This document shows, in pieces, positions 40,201-53,230 of a DNA stretch of 64,000 nt. Every line of letters begins with the position of its first letter. The first letter of the stretch is position 1. A program made the position numbers and the translations under genes. This stretch comes from the human T2T-CHM13v2.0 reference genome, Homo sapiens, in NCBI RefSeq assembly GCF_009914755.1, contig NC_060946.1. One strand, 5' to 3'. Under the pieces are notes generated by a model. The model did no database searches. It was not told the DNA's origin and saw only the letters and a program-made list of their open reading frames with translations.

Positions 40201-42559
40201 TTGCCCCCAAACCAGTGTGATTTGGGGCTGCATGGATCCAGAGTAGGGAGGTGACGGTCCCACCATCTCTGGGGTGTGTGCAAGGGTCAGGGTTTGGGAA
40301 GGGGTTGGACAAGACCAGTGTCCCTGAGGACTGCCTACCTGCTGGGAGCTGACATGGGAATCTGGGAGTGCGTCTGGCCTCCTGGAGGGGGTCTCGGGTT
40401 GCCCAGAGGGGAGCGAGGAGGAGGCCCAGAACATACCCCTTCCTAGAACAGGAAGGTGGGGTGACCCTGCAGGGTGGCCTCCCACACCTCAGTGATGCCT
40501 CGGTGACCCCTAAGGCAGAAGATGCGTGAAGCAGGCATGAGGCCCTGAGCACTGCTGGCCACCCCTGCAAATGGAGGGGCCCCACCTGAAGTTGGGGGCC
40601 GGGGCTCATGTTTGAGCCATTTTGACTGGGTCTTTTTCAGTTTATTTTCTAAACCTCAGTTTATTTGAAGCACAGTACATGATTGCTCACTTCAGGAAAT
40701 TCTGTTCAAGTTTTCCTAGCAGAGTTACTCATTCCTTCATCTGTGCAAGGGGAGGGTGGTGGTCATAATCACCACCCTGATCCCCCTACCCCCTGGGCCC
40801 TGTGTGAAGATGACAAGGCAGTGCGGTTGGCTGAGGGCCTGGGCCAGGCCAAGCACACCAGGAAGGTGCCGCGCATGTGCCAGATGGGCCCTGAGGCCGC
40901 TGGGGTCCCACAGCAAACAACAAAACAGTCAAACAGGTGCCAGCCTCTGTCATGTGCTCACCACGTGCCCAGGACCACGTCTGTGTGTGCGTTTGCCTGG
41001 GTAAGCCTTGCTTCGTGAAGCTGCCATGACCTCCGTCTCCTCACTGAGGGGCACAGGGCAACAGGCTGCCAGGTGAGGGGCTGAGGGGCCTTCTGGGGGC
41101 CACTGGCCTACTCGAGGCACAGTGAGTTGTGGGAACGAGGAGTAACTTGGAGGTGGAGCTGCGGGTGCAGAGGGAAAAAGACACCTGGGTCATGAAGGGC
41201 TGGCCTGTCCGCCTGAGGGGCCCAGAAGTGCAGTGAGGGGATGACGTGGCTACGCGCCTGTGACAGGGCACCTGAGGACATTTGCAGTGCAGGAGGGAGA
41301 GCGCTTCAGAGCAGGCCAGTGTCCCTCCCACCCGGCCCAGTCCCTGGTCCCTGGGTAGTCACTGAGCTACCTCATGCAGGACCATGGTCTTAGCAGGACA
41401 CCTGTGGTGGCCTGTGAGGCAGGGACAGGAAGGATGCCCCACTCTGGGCTCCTCAGGGAGCTGCAACTACAGTGCAGGATGGGCTGTGATACTCAGCACT
41501 GTGGATGTCTGTCAAGGCAGGGTGTAATGGACTGGAGGTCAGAACGTGTGAGGCCCTGGATGAGCCTCTCACCTCCCCACCCCCAGCCCAGGCGCTTGTC
41601 CCACACAGCTGCCTTGGATGTCATTAGCTGGAAAGCCGTGAGTGCCTGATGGGGAAGGAGTGGGGTGTGGGGAGGTGTTTAGGCTGTGACAAAGGGATGC
41701 TAACTCCAAAAACAGGCCCCCAGTCCAGAGGCCTCTTAAAATGCAAATATGCCGCACCTGGGAGGGGGACAGGCCCCTGGCTGAGATGAGGAAGCCTGGA
41801 GGATGCCTCTGTTCCCTCTCCCACCGCAGGCCCATGAGCTCTCAGACCAGCAGGAGGCTGATGCTGGAATATGCGCGCACCTGCTGGGGGATCTGTGCGC
41901 CTCAGCTCCAAAGTACAGGAGCTAGACTCCAGTGTCCATGTCAGGTCCCATCCAGCTGGGATGCAGGAAACCAAAGGCAGCCCTCCCATGACCCAGCACT
42001 GAGGGCCAGACCTGTTACCAGGAACGTTGGTAACTGGAAGAGCCTGGTACTTGGGGCTGTTCTGTGCCCCACAAACAGAGGGACCGGCTGTAAGGAGACT
42101 GGCCTGATGGGGAATGAGAGGGGCTGAGCCAGAGGTGCCGACACGGTATGTTTTAAGTAAGGTCCAGGTGGCTGCAGGCGGGATGGAAACACATCCACCA
42201 TTCATCACATCGGCCATTGCATCTCCAGGCTAAGGGGCCACAGGAGCCTCCCAAAGAGCCAGGCTGACCTGGGCCCTGTGGCCAGCAAAGAAGTGTTGCT
42301 GGCTGAATCCCCATCTGCAGCATCGAGACCTCTCCCACTCCGTCCGGCTGAGCTGGCCCTGCATTTGGGTAGCCTTCCCTCAGCTGCCTCATGCTGGGAC
42401 AGAGGGAAGCAGGTCTTCCGATGAGACCTCGCAGGTGAGAGGACGTCCCAGTGCCAAGGCGAATCACAGTGGGTGTGGCGTGGAGAGGGCCCACTGGGGT
42501 GCCAGTGGTAGCCACAGGGCAAGGCCCAGCAGCTTGGGGTTCTTCCCGTGTCAGCACCT

Positions 42560-42680
42560 TTGTGCCTTCTCACAACAGTCCCAGCATTGTACAGATGAGG
42601 AAACTGAGGCCCAGAGAAAGGAAATGACTTGTCCAAGGTGCAGCATGCACCGGCAGTGAGTAAACCCCAGACCCTGTGTT
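42560..42680 (+). mobile_element. MIR fragment
   Basis: acagatgaggaaactgaggcccagagaaaggaaatgacttgtccaaggt. Similar MIR cores lie near 31655, 39220, 46390 (minus) and 50550. Confidence 0.75.
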
Positions 42681-45600
42681 CATGGCCAGGGACATCTGCC
42701 CCTTTGTGTCACCAGGAGAACCTTGGTGGAGAATCAGGAGTGAGAGGCCTCACCACCCCCACAACTAACCAGGCGCAGGCTCCTCTCCACTCCCTACCTT
42801 GCCCCGGCCGCTGACCTGGGAATGTCCTTCCAGGTGCCGGACCTGGTCTGGCCAGCAGTCTGGCAGCCACGTTCAGGGGAAATACCCCAGACCCGCAGGC
42901 CAGCAAGCTGGAAGCCCCTTAGGGATGGGCTGTCAGCTCCCCTGCTGTAGTGAGAAAGCCACGGCCTGGGGCAGAGTCCCTTCCACAATGGCAAGTCTAT
43001 TTGGACCTGTCTGAGCAGGAGCTCTCTTCTCACAAATGGCCAGGAAATGACTTCCACACCACCCCAGGGACTGCATCCAGCTGCCTGGTGGCTGAAGGCC
43101 TGGTTACAAATCACCTCACCATTCCCCGACGCCAAGCAGTGAGATTCCCACCATTGCACAAGCTTCTCACAGGAACTGTCTGCTCCGTGTTATTTATATA
43201 AATAAATGTGCAGACAAACCCCAGCCTCCTAGAAGGCGCCATCTTGCTGGTAAGCAGGCCCTGGAGAGAGCAGGATGGGCACTGGAGCCCTGGGCTGGCA
43301 TCACAGCAGTGAATGGTGGTGTGTTTCTGCCTCCCTCTTCCCCGCCCCGCCCCACCCCCCGCGGCTGCCTTGGCAGCCATAGAGGTGAAGGCAAGGAGGG
43401 CTTCTTGCCAGAACAGGACACTGTGGCAGTTGGAAAATACCAGGCTCTCAACTGCACCCTGGGGAGTCAGCCCCTCTTGAGGCCTTGGGCCCCATATGTG
43501 AAGTGAGGAGCCCTCCCCCTTGCCATGGGGTCATGGTTGGCAGAGGCAGCTCCTCTGAATCCAGGGTCTGTCAGGCTGATGGAGGAAGTCACTGCAGGAC
43601 AAGGGGGTGATGCACTACCATGGGGCAGGGCCACATGACTCCAAAGCTGCATCCAGCTCTACCCCAGTGGCCCACAGGTGGGCTGCAGCAGGACAATGTT
43701 TAACCCTGCCAGGCCAGGGAGGGCAAAACCCCATGCAGGCCAGGCCAGGCCAGGAAGGAGAACAGAGCCACATCCACCAAGGGCAGGAGGACCCAGGGGA
43801 GCCCACAAAGGCCAGATGGGTGCAGGAGGCACAGCCAGTCATGTTTTGCAGGGTGAGCAGAGCATGGACAGGTCAGAGGGCTATGAGGCCAGGCCCTGGA
43901 GGCCAGCAGAAGGCATGCTGGGGCTTCTTGCTTCCCATATGCATGCTTGAGTCACAGTTTCCAGAGCTACAGCTTCAAATAGACGGCTCTGTTTTCAGTG
44001 GTGGTGATTTGAGTGTCAGGATGCCGCTTTGCCCACCTGTCTGCACTCCAGGCTGCAAGAGTGCAGGCACCGCTGTGACACAGGCTCCCGAGGTCACCAG
44101 GCAAGCACCAGGGCCCAGGCTGGGCACTAGGTCAGAGGACAAGACTGGGCTTCTGGCCTGGCAACACCTTTCCCCACTGCCTCCTCTGCAGTTGATCTTT
44201 CAGACCCAAATATGAGGCTCTTCTCTAGGTTTGGCCTCCTCTCATCAACTTCAGCTGGTCAGGGTCCTGACTTTGTAACCGTCTGTGGTTCTTCAGCCTC
44301 CCGCTCTGTCTTGTCCCCCATCTCTGAGAGCTGCAGGCCTCTGGTCTAGGAACAAACCCACGATGCAGCTCCTGCCTCACTTGCTGGTCCATCAGCACCA
44401 CACTGCCAGCACCACACTGTCCCATGCTGGGCCCTCTGACCTTCTTTATAGCCTTCCTGTTCTATAAAGATTACAGGATGGGCACCCACCATCTCCTAAG
44501 CTTCACCTCCTACTAGGGTGGAGCCCATGTGCAGTGAAGGCTCAGCCTGCGTCAGGGACGCTGGGATGGAGTGAGGCGGCAAGCTCAGGTGCTTCCCACG
44601 CTCTGAAGCTTCCTGTCTGAGCCCGGAAGTGAGGTATGTGGTTGGTGCCTCCTGCAGGCTTTCCTGACTCCTGCCAGACAGGGCCCAGCCAAGAAACAAG
44701 ACCAGGAAACCAGGCGTCTACACAGAGATTTTGTTATTATTTGAGGCCCATCATCTCCTCGGTGCCCACTAAATATTAGTCAGTGTGGTTCCCATGGTTT
44801 GTCTCAAGGAATAGAGGAAACCAGGAAGCCTGAGCCTGAAATGCCTGCAAAGCAAGGGGAGTCCTGGGCACAAGCAGGGGCCTGAGCTGAGGGAAGGGCC
44901 CACACTCGGGAGATGTTTGTCTGTCCTGATGAGGCTGCCGCAGTGGCGGAATCCTGATAAGAGTGTACTGTGAGGCACCGTGCCCACCTCCAGCTGCCTT
45001 GTGAGATAAGTACCTGAGTTTCCATGACCTCTAAGTCAGGAACAGGAGGCTCAAAGAGGTGTCCAGGGTCCCCAAGGTCCACTGAGAGGCATCAGCAGGG
45101 AAGCAGTTTAGACACCATGGAAGGGGCTCCTAGTGCATTGGGACAGCTTGACTCACCCCAGGACTCACGGGGGCCACAGTCAGGAGTGTTTCATGGCGTT
45201 GGACAAGAAGAGTGGCTGCCTTGGCCTTGGAGAGAGGGGGTCCACGTGGTCTATCGGCCCCTCCCACTGCTGCCAGCTGAGCTCTCCCTACACACAGGTG
45301 CCCTGCAGAGGACCAGTCTGGTTTAGATCTGAGGCTTCAGATGACCAGTACACGTGAACTGTTTCCGCATCAGTGAGGTGGCCCTCCTGCTCCTCCTCTT
45401 ACCTAAATTCCACTGCCTGCCCAGGAGGTGATGGGCTAAGCTGGGTATTAAAACCATCTCAACTGTCATCCCCAAGTGACCCATCAGGGCTCAGAGAGGC
45501 AGACCCAGGCCTAGCACCCACTCTGTGCTTGTCCCCTCACCCTTGAACCCCCAGGTCCATACCCTGCTGGTGGCCAGATCACGCCCTTCCCAACCCCGGA

Positions 45601-46579
45601 GGAAGCCCCCTACCCCAAAAGGACCCTGCCATCCCTGCCTGGCTCTATTCCTGCAGCCCCAGGACTCCCACCTCAAGCTCCATCACCTGGCATGAGAGCT
45701 GATGTGGACTCAGGGCGCGCTCAGCAAGTGTTTGCTCAGTAAATTAATAATACGTGCTAATGGTCATATCTGTTATTTAACTGATGCAAAATTTGGGGTC
45801 AGAAGCATAGCCCCCAATTACAGCATCATTTCTATGAGAAATGACAGCTCTGTTACCACAGTCCTCTATGATGTGGCTTCCAGGAATCCATTAGAGCTAA
45901 TTACTCCCTCAGCAGAATGTGACATTCCTAGACCACCACTTATCTCACATTTGGGAATGTGCAGCCAGGTTCACTGCGGAGGCGCTGGCTCCTCTCTGCT
46001 CTGCTGGGGATGAGATCTTGTGTGTTGCTTGTCTCTGCAGAAAGGCCAGCACCCCCATCCCCAGACCTGAGGCTGCTCACTCCTCAGGACTCCTGTTATT
46101 CCGAAGCTCATTCTAAAGAAAGAGCAAGATTGGTTTGGAAAAACAGTCTTCCAGGTGGAGTGCAGGGTTCCAGGGTAATGACGGGTACCTCTGGGTATCC
46201 TTCCTTTCTCTGCACAGATGCTGCCAGAGCTGTTCCTCAGAGAACTCAGGGGCTCTGGAGAGCAGGGTTTCTATGCAGCATCCTCCTGGGCACCCCTGCC
46301 CTCAGGCAGCCTCCTTTGGGCCCACCCTGTAGGAGCAGCAAGCCAGAGCACCTGGTTGTGGGGCTTGGAGCACATATCCTGCCTCTCTGTGCCTCAGTTT
46401 CTTCATCTGTAAAACAGGAGTGGGCAGATGTGAGAACAGACTGGCAGCTCGTGTCCAGCTGTGGTTACCAGCGTCATTGTCACTGCAGTCATTGGTGATG
46501 CTGTTGCTTCGTGCCTGAGTCATCACTACCAGCTGCAGTTACCACTTGCATTACCACGGTCACTGGTGATGTAGTCTAG

Positions 46580-46902
<323 letters not shown>

Positions 46903-47931
46903 AGAAAAGTTCTTAAATCCAAAGCATCAGATCTAAGCCAGATTGGTTCCAGATTTTTGATATTTTGCTCATTGAGTTTATCTTAGAAGCAGGGGTAGCT
47001 TTTGCCAGCAGCAAATTCCAGGTAGTTACTCCTTTTAGAAGTTAGAATTTATTCATTTTGCAGGGAAGTGGTGAACTGGGGAGTCAGACAAGAGCATCAT
47101 GCTTCTTAAAAGCCCAGACCCCTGGCTATAACACATCGAAGATTCTCAGAAGAGAATTGAGGAGCGGACAGGCGCCACACTCCGTTGTGGTCACTGCCTC
47201 TTCCTGGCCCACCACACTCCTGTCCTCTGCATGTACTGAGAGCTCTGTCCAGGATGCCAGGGTCCTGCCTCGGCAGAGAGGCGGTGCCAGATGCCCCACA
47301 GCAGCTGGTGGGAGTGCCCACAGCTGGAGGGCAGGGGAGGAGCCTGGCCTCTGGCTGGTGTTTCCTTCCCAGCTCTCAAGAACTGGAGACTTTGGTTACA
47401 GAAGTGAAGGCTGCTCCCTCACAGACTTCCTAGTGTCCGATGGTACCACATGGAAGGATCAGAGTTTTGAAGGACTGGGCCAGAACCCAGATAGGGCACA
47501 AGGCTGCCAGCGCCTGCATTGAGGGAGCTATGATGTGACGGGGGCTCCTGCAGAAGATGGCCTTCCTTGTACAGGTGTGGGGCAGCCTGTGGATGGGCAG
47601 TGGGAAGATGGGGGGTCCTCGGAGCTGGAGGTGCCCAGCGGTTTAGGAGGCTGTGCTTGGCACATCTGTAGCCCCAAAGCTATATGTTGAGATCACTGGC
47701 ACCCAGAGGAGAGACCCAAAAGGGGCAAGAGAACATCTTCCAAGCACTTGCCACTGGCAAGGAGGGTGCTGCCGGCTATTTCCGTGGGAGGTGGGTGAAG
47801 ACATTTAACCTGGGCTTCCCCAGCAGAAGGAGGTGCCATTGCAGGGACCAGTCTTGGGCTGAGACCCTAGCAAAGGCTTCCTCTGGCAGGGCTGCAGGTC
47901 TAGGGTCTGTCTCTGCCTGCTGCGGGCCTGA

Positions 47932-48303
<372 letters not shown>

Positions 48304-49391
48304 GGAGCTGGGCCCGGGGCCCGCCTGCCTATGGTGAAACCCACGGGGTGTCATGCCCCAACGCGTGCTAGAGAGGCCCAATCCAGGGGCAGAAAACAGG
48401 GGGCCTAAAGAATGTCCCCCACCCCTTGGCCTCTGCCTCCTTGGCCCCACATTTCTGCAAACATAAATATTTACGGATAGATTGCTAGGTAGATAGACAC
48501 ACACACATGCACACACACACATCTGGAGATGGCAAAATCCTCTAAAATGTCGAGGTCTCTTGAAGACTTGAGAAGCTGTCACAAGGTCACTACAAGCCCA
48601 ACCTGCCCCTTCACTTTGCCTTCCTGAGTTGGCCCCACTCCACTTGGGGGTCTGCATTGGATTGTTAGGGATAGGCAGCAGGGCTGAGGCAAGGTAGGCC
48701 AACTGCACCCCTGTCGCCTGGAGGAGGGCCAGCTCGCTGCCCGAGCTCTGGCCTAGGGACCTTGCCGCTGACCAAGAGGGAGGACCAGTGCAGGGTCTGT
48801 GCACCTTCCCTGCTGGCCTGCACACAGCTGCTCAGCACCACTTTCATTCTGGACCTGGGACCTTAGGAGCCGGGTGACAGCACTAACCAGACCTCCAGCC
48901 ACTCACAGCTCTTTTTAAAAAACAGCTTCAAAATATGCAGCAAAAACCAATACAACAAAACGAGTGGCACGATTTATTTCAAACTAGGCCAGCTGGGATT
49001 CCAGCTTTTCTTCTACTAGTCTGATGTTTTATAAATCAAAACCTGGTTTTCCTTCTCTGACATTTTTTTTTTGTTTTGTTTTTTGGTTTTTTTTTTTTTT
49101 TGGCCAAATCTCGTGGTGTTTCGCAGAAAAAAATCCAGAAAATTTCAAATGCAGTTGAGTATTCTTTTTTAAATGCAGATTTTCAAAACATATTTTTTTT
49201 CAGGTGGTCTTTTTTGTGTCTGGCTTGCTGAGTGTAAAAGTTGTTATCTGGACGATCTGTCTCTCTGCTCCAAAGAAATTTTGGAGTGAGTGGCAGTCCT
49301 GCGCCAGCCTCGCGGGACACGTGTTGTACATAAGCCTCTGCAGTGTCCTCTTGTTAATGGTGGGGTTTTCTGCTTTGTTTTTATTTAAGAA

Positions 49392-49397
49392 AATAAA
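49392..49397 (+). terminator. Candidate proximal GNAZ polyadenylation signal AATAAA
   Basis: Canonical hexamer in a U/A-rich context inside the 3'UTR. Confidence 0.45.
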
Positions 49398-49884
49398 CAC
49401 GACATATTTAAAGAAGGTTCTTTCACCTGGGAGCAAATGAACAATAGCTAAGTGTCTTGGTATTTAAAGAGTAAATTATTTGTGGCTTTGCTGAGTGAAG
49501 GAAGGGGAGCAAGGGGTGGTGCCCCTGGTCCCAGCATGCCCCGCGCCTGAGACTGGCTGGAAATGCTCTGACTCCTGTGAAGGCACAGCCAGCGTTGTGG
49601 CCTGAGGGAGGCCCTGCTGGGACCCTGATCTGGGCCTTCCTGTCCCAGGGCCTATGGGCAACTGCGTTGAAAGGACGTTCGCCAAGGGCCGTGTGTAAAT
49701 ACGAACTGCGCCATGGAGAGGAGAGGCACTGCCGGAGCCCTTGCCAGATCTCCCTCCCTCTCTCCGTGCAGTAGCTGTGTGTCCGAGGTCAGTGTGCGGA
49801 ATCACAGCCAAGGACGTGAAGAGATGTACGGGGGAAAGAGAAGCTGGGGATTGGATGAAAGTCAAAGGTTGTCTACTTTAAGAA

Positions 49885-49890
49885 AATAAA
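49885..49890 (+). terminator. Distal GNAZ polyadenylation signal AATAAA
   Basis: Canonical hexamer with a downstream GU-rich element. Confidence 0.8.
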
Positions 49891-52146
49891 ATACCCTGAA
49901 TGGAGCCCAGCATTGTCCCAGTGTGCTATGTGTGTAGCTGACCTGTGGCTGGACTTGGTGCCATCTGGAAGGGCAGCCGGGGACACCTCCATTCTGAGGT
50001 CCCATATTCCAAACCCCACCCCTATACCTCCACACATTTAGGTAGAGTCATTTTGCAATGAACATCACAAATAAACATCACGAGAGGAAAGAAACTGCAA
50101 AGAGGGGAAACCTGCCAGGTCCATGCAGTCCTGGTGTGGAGGTCTGGGGGTGATGATGACTCCTGCCCCTCCCGCTGCCCCCAAGACCCCACCCAACACT
50201 GACCCAGGCTGTGCCATACCCTGGACCCCTCCCACCATGTGGACACCTCAGCCAATGTCAGAGTCATCCTGCAGAGTGGAAGAGGTGCCCTGAGGGCCTG
50301 GAGGGTTCCTGTGCCCCCAGTAGTGTAGGGCAAACCTTGTAGGGTTTTGGAGAGGAGGGGTCCCTGAGCATGCAGTGCTCGCTGACTGGCTTGTGTGGTT
50401 AGAGGTATCTGGATATAGTGGAAAAGTGCCGATCAGAAGTCAACGGAGTGCATTCACCGAGGGCCTGCTGCGAACCAGGCACGGAGCCGGGCTCCTTACT
50501 AATGATTTTATGTAACACCCCACCTCAGCAGGTTGCCAGAGGTGCCCATTTTACAGATGAGGAAAGGTGCCTGAGGTCAGGGAGCAGTCAAGCCAGGATT
50601 CACCAGGCCAGGGAGCTGTTGCTCCCACTGGAGGAGCAGAGACGCTGATCTTTCCTCCTGCTGGAGTCCTTGCCTGGCTTGGCACCTGCACAGGATGGAA
50701 GCCTACAGGGAGCAGCACAGAACCACCCTGCAGCCTCCTCCTCAAAGCAGGACCTCAAGCAAAGTGGGGGGTCGGCAGGCACACACACGCATGCATGCAC
50801 ACAAGCACATGCACACACGCGCAGATACGCACGCAGCCCTGGTGCTGTCACCGCCCCATCCCTACTCCTAAGCCCACGCAGGGACTCCCTTCACACCTTC
50901 CTACGTCACCAAACAGCCAGAACCCAGAGGGGCTTTTGTTTCTGAAGAAATAACGTGTGACTTAAAATCGTTGAGACTTATTTTGTGCTTTTAATGCCAA
51001 CTGTGAAAAGAGCAGTAATTTCGCCGTGAGCATCTTTAATCTAAAAATACATGGCTAAAGGGAGAAAGGGATTGAGCCTCCCTTCCTAATGTGTGCAAAG
51101 ATCAGAGGAGGCCTTCCCTGGAGGGAGGTTTCTCCCGGTTCCCAGAACCTAGCCAGGAGTCTCCAGTTCCCCCATAGGCTGCAGAGAAACCTCAGGCGCT
51201 GTCGACCTCTCTGGCCCCGTCCTCCCCTGCAGTTCACCTGCACTGGTTCTCCTCCTGAGCCTGCCTTGTTCCGCTCTTGCCCCCAATGATCCCTTTGCCT
51301 AGCATGTCCTTCCCCATCCTCACAGCTCAAAGTCACCTGGGCAGCTTCTTGGAAGTCTCCTCCTTCCCTGCATTCCATCTGTCAGGGCTCCAGGGTCGAG
51401 TGGGAAGGGGTGTTGGAAACTCCATTGAGCAGCTCAAGGCCAGCGCCTCTGACCCACCTCATTCCTCCAAACAATGCCCCATGGAGAAGGCGCATGCTGA
51501 GCTGGGATGGTCCAGGAGTCTTAGCCAACGGGAGGTAAGCACCAGGACTCACCAAGGTTGCTGGTGAGAGGAGGCTAGAGTAGGTGGCAGGGTGCCTGAA
51601 GGGGAGGACCTGGGGATGGCTGGGCCAGCCCTGCCCACTGCAGGTGACTAATCCCGCCTTGTCCTACTTCACGCAGCCCCAGCCTCCTTTCCCAGGACCC
51701 ACCATCATGTGGCTCCCTGTGGGATATTGCCATCCTCACCTATAGCCCACGTGGTCACCCTGGTGGTGCAATGGGTCAACAACAGTGGTCACGATAATCC
51801 CAGCTCTCCTCAGTGACTGCTCACTGGGGGGCACACTCATGGGAGGCCAAGATGCTTGATTCCATTCTACAGAAGTGGAAGCAGAGACCAGGAGAGGCGA
51901 TGACTTATCAGCATCACACAATGTGACCCCACCAGGCCAGGACCTGAGGGGCTTTACTCTGTCCACATTCCCCAGATCCCCACAGTGGCAACAGGCCCTG
52001 GCACCCTACTTCCAACGTCAGCCCTCCAGAACAAATGGTCCATCTGGCTCAGGGGACAGTGCCAGGAAGGGCTGCACTGCACCATGAGGACTTGAGGCAA
52101 CACTGAGGCTGGACCTCACCCTGGATGAGCTCACCTCACCCAGATG

Positions 52147-52247
52147 AGCCTGACGAGATGGGGATGCCTGACAGGCCGGGAACCAAGAGGCCAGAGTGTC
52201 CCTATCAGTGACCATCATTCCTGCTAAGTCCAGGAATGGGGTACAAC
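52147..52247. repeat. Left arm of a 101-bp inverted repeat
   Basis: Reverse complement of 53130-53230 with 9 mismatches and no gaps by manual alignment. Confidence 0.9.
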
Positions 52248-53129
52248 TACCCACCAAAGACTGTCAGGCTGAGGATGTGCCTGGGGTTCTGGTGCACCCT
52301 GCCCTGAGGGCAGGCAAGACAGAAAAGGGCCTGCTCCTCTAGGGCAGCTGGCCTCCACCCCTCACCCTGTGGCATCAAGGGGAGGAGGAGGAGGAGGCTG
52401 CTCTGGGTCCATCGAAGGAAGCTGGGTGTCCACGGGTGGCTGCTGAAGAGGGACAGGGTGCAGTGGTGGCCCACCCAAGGCCACTAGCCTGGAATGAGAC
52501 ATACGGCTCACTGCAGTGGGAGCACCTACTTTGCTTCTCCAGCAGCCCACGTACCTGGGGTTCAGATGACATTGGGTGCATTCTGGGTGGTATAGCTGTA
52601 GACCCCCAGATTTCTCCCTAGCTTAGATGCTATGACTCCAGGGATGTCCCCTGAACCCCCAAATGACTTGGATCAAACTGCATCCAGACATTTCACCCGC
52701 GGCACCCTCCCCTTCCCAAGCCCAGTTCTCCTTTCCAAGGTCACGGAGCCAATTTCCAGAGGCAGGGCCCAGGCGCATCCTTGCTGCCTCCCTCCTCCTC
52801 TCGGGCTGGTGCTCTCCTCCGGGCTGGGAGGGTCATCCATCTCCACCCCCGGGCTGCACACGTGTGGAGTCAGGGTCAGAACAGGCCCCATCATGCTGCT
52901 GCTAAAGCTGGGCTGGGGTCTCAGAGCCTGGCACAAGGAGAGGGAGACTGGAGGCAGGGCCAGAACAGACTCACAGGTGTGCCCAGTCAGGACCAGTGGG
53001 ATGGTAGAGGGATACTTCCGGGGGACCCTGAGCTGTTCAACTGCACCCCAAAATCTGGTTAGAGAAGAATTGTCAATTTCAGCCACAGAACTCTCTCTCC
53101 CACAAAAATGAAACCTGTTTTCTCATGGG

Positions 53130-53230
53130 GTTCTACTCCATTCCTGGACTTAGCAGGAATGATGGTCACCGATAGGGACACTCTGGCCTCTTGGTTCCTG
53201 GCCTGCCAGGCCTCCCCCTCTCATCGGGCT
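53130..53230. repeat. Right arm of a 101-bp inverted repeat
   Basis: Partner of 52147-52247. The ORF track shows the same peptide TPFLDLAGMMVTDRDTLASWF on opposite strands. Confidence 0.9.

Larger units (their letters stand above)
48304..49908 (+). other. GNAZ: GNAZ 3'UTR (end approximate)
   Basis: Follows the stop codon. U-rich blocks at about 49000-49200, AATAAA at 49885-49890, and GU-rich sequence (gtgtgctatgtgtgt) at about 49921-49935. Confidence 0.8.
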
